Below, one piece after another: positions 48,923 through 57,580 of a DNA stretch of 64,000 nucleotides (position 1 is the stretch's first letter; every line of letters begins with the position of its first letter). Position numbers and translations under genes: made by a program. Where the stretch lies: positions 124,001-188,000 of the IMG/VR virus record IMGVR_UViG_3300042549_005931. One strand, given 5' to 3'. The notes beneath the pieces are model-generated. The model was not told the DNA's origin and did no database searches. It saw only the letters and a list, made by a program, of their open reading frames with translations.

Positions 48923-48923
48923 T

Positions 48924-49673
48924 ATGAAAATATTAGTATCAAAAGAAGATAAGGATTATATTTTTGAATCAATTAAATCCGGTGAAGTTTTAGCGGAGGA
49001 TTTAAGAAGATGGTTTAAAGAGAAGTGGGTAGATGTATCTAAAAAAGTAGACGGTAAACACCCACCATGTGGTAGAAAAGATGCCGATGGTAAATCATAC
49101 CCAAAATGTAGACCATCTAAAAAAGTTTCTAAAGAAACACCAAAGGTGGCATCATCATATAGTAAAAAAGAAAAAAAATCAATGACTTCTCAAAAGAGAA
49201 GAGCTGAAAAGAAAGACCCTAAAGTTGGTAAAGGAAATAAACCGACAATGACACATTTTGATGAACAAAATCGTAAAAAAATGAATATAACAATTACAGA
49301 AGAACAATTTAAAAGATTGTTTGAAAATAATGAAGAAACTCCCGTATTGATATATGAAGATGAATTTGGTTCTATTGAAAATACTGACTTTGTTGTGGAC
49401 AATTTATTAAACGAAGCTGAATACCAAGGACGTAAAGTACAACTTGGTAAAATAATGCAAGGTGATATTAAAAAATTCAAAGTATACGTTAAAAACGATA
49501 AAGGTAAAGTTGTAAAGGTAAACTTTGGTTTTGGTGGTAAATCCGCTAAAGGTAAGAGAATGGTTATAAAGAAAAATAATCCAGCAAGACGTAAATCATT
49601 TAGAGCTAGACATAATTGTGCAAATCCAGGTCCACGTTGGAAACCAAGATATTGGAGTTGCAAAGCGTGGTAA
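48924..49673 (+). CDS. basic two-module protein, putative internal head polyprotein
   Basis: Start reassigned to MKILV (48924); modules DLRRWFKEKWVD..CG..YPKC and AEYQGRKV..RKSFRARHNC..YWSC..W follow LAE and LNE sites. Confidence 0.7.
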   Translation: MKILVSKEDKDYIFESIKSGEVLAEDLRRWFKEKWVDVSKKVDGKHPPCGRKDADGKSYPKCRPSKKVSKETPKVASSYSKKEKKSMTSQKRRAEKKDPKVGKGNKPTMTHFDEQNRKKMNITITEEQFKRLFENNEETPVLIYEDEFGSIENTDFVVDNLLNEAEYQGRKVQLGKIMQGDIKKFKVYVKNDKGKVVKVNFGFGGKSAKGKRMVIKKNNPARRKSFRARHNCANPGPRWKPRYWSCKAW

Positions 49674-49811
49674 TTAATTTTTACAAAAGATTGGAATCAT
49701 AATACACTGTATTGGTCTTCAACCAAATACACAAAAAATGATAAAATCACTAGAGGTAAGCATAAAGGTTTTAAAGTTACATTAATAGAATCCCCTAATA
49801 AAATTGTTTAA
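49674..49811 (+). pseudogene. possible remnant of a homing endonuclease C-terminus
   Basis: Start-less 45-codon frame ending ..ITRGKHKGFKVTLI.. Confidence 0.3.
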
Positions 49812-49838
49812 TTAAACATACTTTCATATATTTGTCAC

Positions 49839-50003
49839 ATGAAAGTCACAAAGAATGGTAATGGGTATATTTTTGAGGTGTCACTTAATGAAAAAGAAAA
49901 CCTTTATAAAATCGGGCAACTTATACTAAAAAAACAATGTAAATTCTTTTACTTCGCTACTGACAAATTATATTACATTTCAGATGTTAAATTAGAATCA
50001 TAA
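49839..50003 (+). CDS. small hypothetical protein (54 aa, not in ORF track)
   Basis: MKVTKNGNGYIFEVSLNEKENLYKIGQLILKKQCKFFYFATDKLYYISDVKLES; TATATTTG at 49827-49834, 4 nt before the ATG. Confidence 0.6.
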   Translation: MKVTKNGNGYIFEVSLNEKENLYKIGQLILKKQCKFFYFATDKLYYISDVKLES

Positions 50004-50437
50004 TAAATAACATCGACACCACACTCACCTAACATCTGTTTAGACATTTCCTGAGATTCTAACCATTTATCTTTATTTTTAGTTGTACATTCCGATTTAC
50101 AATATACAGTAGTAATTCCCGAATTAATGATTGCACGAGCACAATCTGCACAAGGTAATCCCGATGTTAAGTATATTGCAGAACCTTTAAGTGAGACACC
50201 TATACGAGCAGCGTTGTAGACTGCATTCCTTTCCGCGTGTTCAATCCAAAAGTATTTCTGTGGTCTTTCCTGACGTTCAGGTAAATCGTCTCTTAAACCC
50301 CGAGGAAATGAGTTATAACCCGTAGATAAAATTTCTTTATCCTTACCAACAATAACTGCACCTATTTGTGTTGATTCGTCTTTTGATTTGAACTTAACTT
50401 GTTCAGCAATATTTAAAAAATAATTTTTCCAATTCAT
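49973..50437 (-). CDS. dCMP deaminase
   Basis: SKDESTQIGAVI, TGYN, HAERNA, PCADC; start reassigned to MNWK (TATATTTG + 4 nt + ATG). Confidence 0.93.
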   Translation of the reverse strand: MNWKNYFLNIAEQVKFKSKDESTQIGAVIVGKDKEILSTGYNSFPRGLRDDLPERQERPQKYFWIEHAERNAVYNAARIGVSLKGSAIYLTSGLPCADCARAIINSGITTVYCKSECTTKNKDKWLESQEMSKQMLGECGVDVIYYDSNLTSEM

Positions 50438-50465
50438 ATTACAAATATACCAAAAAATTGATAAT

Positions 50466-50494
50466 AAAAAAAGGGACAACTTCGTGTCCCTTTT
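50466..50494 (-). terminator. rho-independent terminator after the major capsid gene
   Basis: AAAAGGGACA-N6-TGTCCCTTTT with a T tract on the minus strand. Confidence 0.82.
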
Positions 50495-50516
50495 AATATT
50501 ACTACAATTCTATTGA

Positions 50517-52241
50517 TTAACGTAAAGTATCGATAGAGAATGTTTGTAAACCACTTACATTAATTACACCAAAGTAACGGTTGTTAACCATTTTCTTCGC
50601 ATAACGAGTCATGATACCTTTGATAGGTGTGAAGTTAAATGGATTGTACATTGTTGGAGTTAATTGTAATGGTACGTATGGTGCGTAGATGTAACCTGCA
50701 TCCAATAATGACTTACCTTTGTGTCCAATCAAGATTTTTCCTGCTGGGAAGTAAGGGTCACGGAATACTTGGTAACGACCTGCTAATGTACCAACTTTTT
50801 CAATACCCATGTTGTATGAGTCTTGCTCAGGACCTGCGTTTGAAACGTGGAAGTACTCTAAATCGTCAAATACTGCAGAAACTTCTGAAGAAATAACAAT
50901 CCAGTTAGCACCACCTCTCAAAGTAGTCTTGTGGATTTGTGCTGAAATTTGGTTAACTTTAGTAATTAAAGTTTGGTTCCAGTCTTTTTGAGTGTAACCT
51001 TGTAAAGTTGCACCACCGTTTCCACCATATTTCCACTCATTGTAATCCCACTTAGCTGTCCAAGCCGCACCTTTACGTAAATCACGTAAGATTTCACGGT
51101 CAACCTCAGCAGCGATTTGCTCAGATAACAATGCAGTTAATTCTGCTTCAGCATCAATGTTGTGGAACGCTGAAACGTCTTGAGCTAACTCAGGAGACCA
51201 AGAAGCTCTTAATTTTCTTTCAGTTACAGAAACTGTTACAGAATCTAAATCGAAAGAAACCTCACCGATAGCATCTTCAAATTCTAAAGAAGCGTATTGA
51301 CGATAAGTTGCAACAAAGTCAGAACCAACTAAAGTTGAACCTGCAACTGTGTGGTTACTGAAACCTGCTGTAGATGAATAAGTTTGTAAATCAACGTTTA
51401 AGTAGATTACACCATTAGCATCACAAATGTCATTATATTGACCAGTAATACCTGCAGATTTTGTTCCGTATTCTACAATACCTTTACCGTATTTTTGAGT
51501 TACCACAGTAAATGGTAAAGCCGCACCCGATTGAACTTGTGCCGCTGAGATAGCCAAAGAAGCTAAGAATTCTTCAGTATCCATTTCGTTTCCGTTAGGA
51601 CCCGCTAATTTACCTGCACCACCACTAGTGAAACCTGATAACTTAACGATAACAGAACTTAAAGAAGTACCTGTAGTTCCTGTGTAAGCACTTTCAACAC
51701 CTGAAGCGAAAGTAACGATTGATGTTCCAGTTAAAGAAATTGTTGAATAATCACCTTTTGAGTAATCAAACAATCCTGAATCAGCAGCATCTGAAGTTTC
51801 ATAGAAACGGTCATAAAGATTAGTTCCTGTGTAACCAGTTGTTGCAGATGTTCCACCAGCACCACCAGGGATACCGTATGGAGAATAGTGTGCTCCTGCA
51901 TTTCTTTCCTGAATTTTAGGAATGAAATAGAATAATTTACCGATAGGTAAGTTCATAGCCTGAACTGAAACGATATCGTTCGCTAATAATTTAGAGAATA
52001 CACGACGGATGATAGGGAATACCACTGTCTCGAATGAACCTGAAGCGTCAGATACTGCTGCTTCGTTGATTAAGTAAGACGCTTGGTTTTCATATAATTG
52101 CGCGATGTTATCTCTTTGGTGACCGTTAAGACCTTCTAAAAAGCCTAAATCATCCCATTTTTTGATGGTATCTTCTTTGATAACACGAAGGTGCTTAAGA
52201 CCGATGTTACCAACCATACCTGATTCTAATAATGCTCCCAT
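50517..52241 (-). CDS. major capsid protein (T4 gp23-like)
   Basis: VSVQAMNLP.G, RKLRASWSPELAQD..AFH.IDAEAEL, YAPYVPL, P.KGIMTRY. Confidence 0.97.
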   Translation of the reverse strand: MGALLESGMVGNIGLKHLRVIKEDTIKKWDDLGFLEGLNGHQRDNIAQLYENQASYLINEAAVSDASGSFETVVFPIIRRVFSKLLANDIVSVQAMNLPIGKLFYFIPKIQERNAGAHYSPYGIPGGAGGTSATTGYTGTNLYDRFYETSDAADSGLFDYSKGDYSTISLTGTSIVTFASGVESAYTGTTGTSLSSVIVKLSGFTSGGAGKLAGPNGNEMDTEEFLASLAISAAQVQSGAALPFTVVTQKYGKGIVEYGTKSAGITGQYNDICDANGVIYLNVDLQTYSSTAGFSNHTVAGSTLVGSDFVATYRQYASLEFEDAIGEVSFDLDSVTVSVTERKLRASWSPELAQDVSAFHNIDAEAELTALLSEQIAAEVDREILRDLRKGAAWTAKWDYNEWKYGGNGGATLQGYTQKDWNQTLITKVNQISAQIHKTTLRGGANWIVISSEVSAVFDDLEYFHVSNAGPEQDSYNMGIEKVGTLAGRYQVFRDPYFPAGKILIGHKGKSLLDAGYIYAPYVPLQLTPTMYNPFNFTPIKGIMTRYAKKMVNNRYFGVINVSGLQTFSIDTLR

Positions 52242-52277
52242 TTTTTAGTTTTTGTTTTTTGGTTTAATTTTAATTTA

Positions 52278-53456
52278 TTATTTTATTTTTGACATCAAAT
52301 CCTTCATTCTTTTGAATTGTGGATTTTCGTACGCCTTTGATTCCGCTAACATTTCTTTAGAAGATGATGTTGTTGGAGTGTTAGAAATTTTATTAGCCAC
52401 TGTTTCTGTTATAGGGTTTTTAGTTTCTAACTCATTTTTTATTGTATTGAAAAGTGCTTTTGATTCGTTCATATTATTGATACCATCAAATCTCTTCAAT
52501 ATGTTTAATTTTTCTTGTTTTGTAGTTGAATGTTCTGTGAACAAACGAGTTGAATATGCTAAGTTTGCGTTGAAAACTGCAACCTCGTTAAGTTTTTCCT
52601 TGAATAAAACTAAGGCTTTCTTATATTCACCATTTTGTTTTTTCAATTTTTCAACTTCTTCGTTAATTGCTCCTGAACCTGCTTTGTATTTTGTTTTACT
52701 ATCTAAACCAGCTCTGTCTTGACCACCTTTGTTGCCATGTACATTTGATTTAGTTCTTGCAGCTTCTTCCATTTCTTCTTCTTTAGAATCATCATCTTCT
52801 TCATCTAATTCGATTTCGTAGATAACCTCATCCTCAGTCATTTCAACGTCATAAGACATATCATCACCTTCTAACATATCATCATCATCATATGACATAT
52901 CATCTTCTTCGGCAATCTCTTCACCATCTTCGTCATCGAGTTTAATGATATAATCATTATCTCCATCACTGAAGTGAACAGAGTCACCATCTTTCTTTAC
53001 GATAATACCATCTTCAGGTTTCATAGCTTTGAATACTTTCATTACTTCTTCATCAGAAGCTCCTGTCATATCCATTGCATCATCTTCATCTTCAAAAGGA
53101 TTCTCATCTTCTTCACTTTCTGAAGAATACTCATCGTCTTCTCCTTCTTCTGAATCTAAATCTTCACCTTCCTCAGAATCTAATCCTGCTGGCATTTCGT
53201 TATCAAGGTTTTCTTCTCCTTCAGCATCTTCAGCACCTTCTTCATCGGCACCTTCGTCTGACATGTCATCTGTTTCCTCTTCTTCAGGATTTGGTTGCTC
53301 AGCAACGTCTTCCTCTTTTTCCATACTTTCTTTAAGCAAGTCATTTAGTTCTTGTTTCATTGTTGAAGCAAGTATACCCTTTGCATTTTGCTTTACTGCT
53401 TCTTCAAGTGTTTGTACTTGAAGTAACGCTTGTTCTAAAATTGATTTTTCAGTCAT
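52278..53456 (-). CDS. prohead core / scaffolding protein (gp22-like)
   Basis: Highly acidic with coiled coils; lies between protease and MCP. Confidence 0.8.
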   Translation of the reverse strand: MTEKSILEQALLQVQTLEEAVKQNAKGILASTMKQELNDLLKESMEKEEDVAEQPNPEEEETDDMSDEGADEEGAEDAEGEENLDNEMPAGLDSEEGEDLDSEEGEDDEYSSESEEDENPFEDEDDAMDMTGASDEEVMKVFKAMKPEDGIIVKKDGDSVHFSDGDNDYIIKLDDEDGEEIAEEDDMSYDDDDMLEGDDMSYDVEMTEDEVIYEIELDEEDDDSKEEEMEEAARTKSNVHGNKGGQDRAGLDSKTKYKAGSGAINEEVEKLKKQNGEYKKALVLFKEKLNEVAVFNANLAYSTRLFTEHSTTKQEKLNILKRFDGINNMNESKALFNTIKNELETKNPITETVANKISNTPTTSSSKEMLAESKAYENPQFKRMKDLMSKIK

Positions 53457-53537
53457 TTTTTTGTTTTATTATCTTATAAATACTATGGTTTTATTAAAAA
53501 ATCTCTTTTAACGGGGTCATAAACAAAATAAAATCTA

Positions 53538-54221
53538 TTATTTAGATAAAAATTTGTCTAAACCACCCATTAATTTTTTCATTCTGTCATTAAGTTCAGG
53601 TTTCTCTTGTATAGACTCTTGATATTGGTCTCTATCTGCTGGGTCATTAAATACATATGCCCCCGGTGTAGATGGAGACGACACTAAGTCAAAACATACT
53701 AATTCAAAATCATCTTGAACAATATTTTGACCTCTTTCACTTTTTAATGAACCAACACCACGTGATGATATACCTAAAGTTGCACCATTCATGATTAACA
53801 TTGCCGCTTGGTCACCTTTAGTAGAAACAATACCCATCTTCTTCCAACCTGGAGAAGTGAATAACTTTATTTTACCCATTAATATTTTTCCATCCCAATA
53901 TGTTTCAAGAATTGAATGGGATACTCTATCTAAGTCGATAAGAGATGATGATGGGTGATTTAACTCATTAAGAGCACCACCTTTTTTAATAAGTGTTTGA
54001 TATTTTTCTACTTCTCTTTTAAGAAGCATTTCAGGATAGATTCTCCCGTTCTTATTTGGTGTATCGTATTTCTGTAAAACAGCATAAAGGATAAGGTCTT
54101 CTGAAAAGTCCATATCCCTCATCTCTGATATAATTTTTTTATTGTCGTCAGGGGACACATGACCCGCGTCATATTCAATAAGAATACCTTTCCCTGTTTC
54201 GTTCGGACCTAAAATCTTCAT
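53538..54221 (-). CDS. prohead protease (T4 gp21-like)
   Basis: NKNGRIYP, ELNHP, VSH, GISSRGVGS, DLVSSPSTPGA. Confidence 0.95.
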   Translation of the reverse strand: MKILGPNETGKGILIEYDAGHVSPDDNKKIISEMRDMDFSEDLILYAVLQKYDTPNKNGRIYPEMLLKREVEKYQTLIKKGGALNELNHPSSSLIDLDRVSHSILETYWDGKILMGKIKLFTSPGWKKMGIVSTKGDQAAMLIMNGATLGISSRGVGSLKSERGQNIVQDDFELVCFDLVSSPSTPGAYVFNDPADRDQYQESIQEKPELNDRMKKLMGGLDKFLSK

Positions 54222-54256
54222 TTATAGTTTTTACTATAAATACATCGATAATTAAG

Positions 54257-54682
54257 TTATTTCTTTGTTTTGTGAAAATTGTATAAATTTTTGTTAGTTA
54301 AACTATCATCAATTATACCCGAAATTAATTTTTTGATTGTATTTTTTATATCTTTTGTTTTAATATCAAATTGATTTTCAACAAAAAGTGTAATCTCTAA
54401 GTTCATAAAGGACCTTTTTTCAAGTTTTATTCCTTTTGTTCTTATATCCAAATCAACAATACATTGTTGTTTAAATAATGGATTTCTTAATTCGTAAATT
54501 GAATCTTTTATTTTACGTCTTGTTTTAAAAATTGATGAGTCGAAATCATCAGTTTCGTTTTCGGGTTGAACCCACGAATTTAATTTTAAGTAAACGGTTT
54601 TTAAATTTTTGTAATCAACGGTACCATAACCAATTTTTACGTTATTGTATTCCCCTAAAGGGATATACTTTCCTATTTTCAT
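54257..54682 (-). CDS. hypothetical protein (141 aa)
   Basis: Intact ORF divergent from bS21. Confidence 0.7.
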   Translation of the reverse strand: MKIGKYIPLGEYNNVKIGYGTVDYKNLKTVYLKLNSWVQPENETDDFDSSIFKTRRKIKDSIYELRNPLFKQQCIVDLDIRTKGIKLEKRSFMNLEITLFVENQFDIKTKDIKNTIKKLISGIIDDSLTNKNLYNFHKTKK

Positions 54683-54755
54683 TAACTTTTCATATTATTA
54701 TATTTTTATGGTGTATTCAAAATATAAGTAAAAAAAATTTAAATACAAAAAAATA

Positions 54756-54770
54756 TATTTATATTTGTAA
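54756..54770 (+). promoter_or_regulatory. composite promoter TATTTATATTTGTAA upstream of bS21
   Basis: TATTTATA 54756-54763 overlapping TATATTTG 54760-54767. Confidence 0.6.
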
Positions 54771-54787
54771 TATAAACTAATTTCCAT

Positions 54788-54976
54788 ATGTTAATTGTTG
54801 ATTTAAGTAAAGAAAAAAGTATTGAGAGTGCTTTGAGAACTTTTAAGGGTAAAGTTTTAAAAACTAAGCTTGTTCAAAAATTAAGAGAAAGACAAGAGTT
54901 CACAAAACCCTCAGTTACTAAGAGAAAACAGAAATTGAAAGCTGTTTATCTACAGAAAAAAAATGGTCTTGATTAA
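54788..54976 (+). CDS. rpsU: ribosomal protein bS21 (phage-encoded)
   Basis: IESALRTFK.KV.KT......RERQEFTKPSVTKR...KAVY, Bacteroidota-type bS21. Confidence 0.93.
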   Translation: MLIVDLSKEKSIESALRTFKGKVLKTKLVQKLRERQEFTKPSVTKRKQKLKAVYLQKKNGLD

Positions 54977-54991
54977 ACAAGACCATTTTTT
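54958..54991. terminator. bidirectional terminator spanning two convergent stop codons
   Basis: AAAAAATGGTCTTG-ATTAAA-CAAGACCATTTTTT perfect 14-bp stem. Confidence 0.75.
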
Positions 54992-55710
54992 AATTGTACC
55001 AATCTGTAATAATTAAATTTCGATGGTTTCATTTCATTAACCTCGTCTTTTACTTTGGTTAATTTACCGGTTAAATCATTATCTTTAGACTCACTCAGGA
55101 TATTACCTACTTGACCTAAAATAGATTCTTTTAAATCACTTATTTTAACTTCAAGGTCTTCGTCCGTTAAAGATAAAATACCCTGTAATTCTTTTTTCTG
55201 TGATTCATTTAATGAATTATTATATAATACATTAAAATTGTTTGCTAATACTGCATATAGAAGATTTTCATTTTCTACTAATTGTGTTTCTTCTTTTTTA
55301 ACGATTTCTTTTTTTGTTGTTAAATGTTCTACTAATTTTTTCTTCGCAATAATTTTTTTGTCAACATTACTTAAATTTTCTTCTTGAACTAATAAGTCTA
55401 AGTTTGAATATAATTCGTTTTCGTTAATTTCTACGTTTTTTAACTTTGTATTTAAATTTTTTGTGAAACTTGCGATTTTATCTGACTTGTCTTTTAAGAC
55501 CGATTGAATTTCTTCTACATACAGTTTAGCTATTTCTTTATCATCGAAGTATTTGTTTTCGATTTCTTCATAAAACAAATACATTTCTTTGAAATCTTTG
55601 TTTTCTTTAATTGTATTTAAGATATCCTTAACTTCACCTTTATTCTTGTTTGAATAAGATTCAGTTAGTTTCTTTAATATCTTTGTTTTTAATATTCCAA
55701 ATTTGTTCAT
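54973..55710 (-). CDS. head-module hypothetical protein (245 aa)
   Basis: Helical K/E-rich ORF directly downstream of portal; LTE, LNE, LKE and LSE sites. Confidence 0.7.
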   Translation of the reverse strand: MNKFGILKTKILKKLTESYSNKNKGEVKDILNTIKENKDFKEMYLFYEEIENKYFDDKEIAKLYVEEIQSVLKDKSDKIASFTKNLNTKLKNVEINENELYSNLDLLVQEENLSNVDKKIIAKKKLVEHLTTKKEIVKKEETQLVENENLLYAVLANNFNVLYNNSLNESQKKELQGILSLTDEDLEVKISDLKESILGQVGNILSESKDNDLTGKLTKVKDEVNEMKPSKFNYYRLVQLKNGLV

Positions 55711-55712
55711 TT

Positions 55713-57527
55713 TTAGTCGTTTAATATGTCTGTTATTTTAGTTTCTATTTCATAAATATTCTGTTGTGCTTTATTCATATCAAATAAGATATTAAAATCT
55801 TCTTTTTCCTCACCTAACATACCTAATATTTTTGATTTTCTTGAAGTAGATTCACTTAATGGTTCCGCAGCAGGTGCTTCGGCAGGTGCTCCACCACCCA
55901 TATCCATTCCACCACCGGCAGCAGCTTCACCACCACCTGCGGCAGCTTCAGCCTTTTCTCTTTCTTCCTCAGGGATACCATACTTAGCATCCACATTGTC
56001 GAAGATACCTGAACGTTTAATGATTAACTGACTCGTATTCATTAATTCGAAACCAACCGCTCTTTCAAGACGTTGTTGTTGTAAATCAAGTAATACTTCA
56101 GCATCACTCATACCAAGAATATTTTTCTTAGCCCATGTATGAGACACCGGTAAAATACCCATTTGAGATTGGTCAGATGTTGCATCCTTATAAAGAGTAA
56201 CCTTTTCTTTCCATTGTTCAATACGTAATAAATCAGATTGTGCTGATGGATTAGTTAAACCTAACGTAAAGTTATTTAATTCATCCTCTAAACCTAATAG
56301 ATACAAGTGAACTAATGCTATTTTATTTAACTCTTGAATAACTGATTTTTGAATTCTGTTAATTGTACGAGCAAAACGAATATCCATTAATGCTAAACTC
56401 TTACCTTCACCAACAACCTCTTCAAAACCTAAGAAAGCTTTTGGTATACGTAAAGCTGCAAGTAGTTTCTTTTGAATATATTCAATATCGGCAATTTCAC
56501 CTAAGTTTGTTGCTCCGGGTAATGTATCGATTGGACTTGGAGCTGCAGGGTCACGTACAGGGATAAAATAATCTTGGTCTACTGACATTTGATTATATCT
56601 CATATCTACCTGACCATTACGTGGGTCGGATATTTGGTCTCTTTTGAATTTACTTGCCACACGTTGTACATAAGCTTCAATATCTTTATCATCCATGTTA
56701 CCCACAAATATTTTAAAGATACGTCTTTCAGGTGCTCTTGATGTTCTATAAATTAACATCGCATCTTCAGCAAGAAGTAATTGTTTCCAAATACGTCTAA
56801 TCTTATCTAACATAGAAGTACCATAAGGTAATTTTCTATCGTCACCTAAAATTCTAAAGTGTGCAACTTCCCAAGCTTGGAATTCCATATCTTTATTCTT
56901 CCAATGGAATCTCAATTCACGTGACGGCATTTTAACATCTCTAGCTTGTCCCGCAGTTTTACTTGATGCGCCTTCCAATCTTTCAATTTCAATGTTTGGT
57001 AATTGTTGACACCCAATGATACCCTTTTCAGGGTCAATTTTTAAGTATACAAAGTTATCCCCATACTTACATAGACCTCTTGTCCACATTTGTAAGTTGG
57101 TGTTAACATCTAATACGTTTTTGAATAAGTCATCAAGGATATTCTTTACTCTTGTTGATTCAGAAAATATTGTTAATATTTCACCCTTCTCAGACATTGT
57201 GGTTGATTCTTCAGCATAGATATCTAAAGCTGCGGAAATCTCCGGAGTAAATTCCATAGATTCATAATCATAATATGCAGCCAATCTATTTGGTTCGTAA
57301 TAAACCGATTGGTTATATAATGATTGGTCAAGTTTAGCCCATTTATCAGCAATGTACTGACTTTGTTGAGCTTGTAATAACGCCTTTTCGTATTCTTCTC
57401 TACTATCGGTCTTTAATAATTCGTCTTTTGAGAAACTAAATGATGGTACTTGGTCGGGTCTTGTTTTCCCCGGATATCCAAACATCTTGGTCAATTTCTG
57501 AAAAACTGTAAAATTCTGTTCTGCCAT
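55713..57527 (-). CDS. portal protein (T4 gp20-like)
   Basis: PEISAALDIYAEE, EDAMLIYRTSRAPERRIFKI.VGN, DYFIPVR, IDTLPG, ALRIPK. Confidence 0.96.
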   Translation of the reverse strand: MAEQNFTVFQKLTKMFGYPGKTRPDQVPSFSFSKDELLKTDSREEYEKALLQAQQSQYIADKWAKLDQSLYNQSVYYEPNRLAAYYDYESMEFTPEISAALDIYAEESTTMSEKGEILTIFSESTRVKNILDDLFKNVLDVNTNLQMWTRGLCKYGDNFVYLKIDPEKGIIGCQQLPNIEIERLEGASSKTAGQARDVKMPSRELRFHWKNKDMEFQAWEVAHFRILGDDRKLPYGTSMLDKIRRIWKQLLLAEDAMLIYRTSRAPERRIFKIFVGNMDDKDIEAYVQRVASKFKRDQISDPRNGQVDMRYNQMSVDQDYFIPVRDPAAPSPIDTLPGATNLGEIADIEYIQKKLLAALRIPKAFLGFEEVVGEGKSLALMDIRFARTINRIQKSVIQELNKIALVHLYLLGLEDELNNFTLGLTNPSAQSDLLRIEQWKEKVTLYKDATSDQSQMGILPVSHTWAKKNILGMSDAEVLLDLQQQRLERAVGFELMNTSQLIIKRSGIFDNVDAKYGIPEEEREKAEAAAGGGEAAAGGGMDMGGGAPAEAPAAEPLSESTSRKSKILGMLGEEKEDFNILFDMNKAQQNIYEIETKITDILND

Positions 57528-57580
57528 TTATATAAATACTTTTTTTTATAATATAAACTAAATTATTAGTAATGGAAATA

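Noticed and set aside
48753-48923. N-terminal extension of the 306-aa ORF
   Set aside because: Overlaps the preceding gene out of frame; the ATG at 48924 directly follows its stop. Similar over-extended starts were corrected at 24285, 39552, 50479 and 59380
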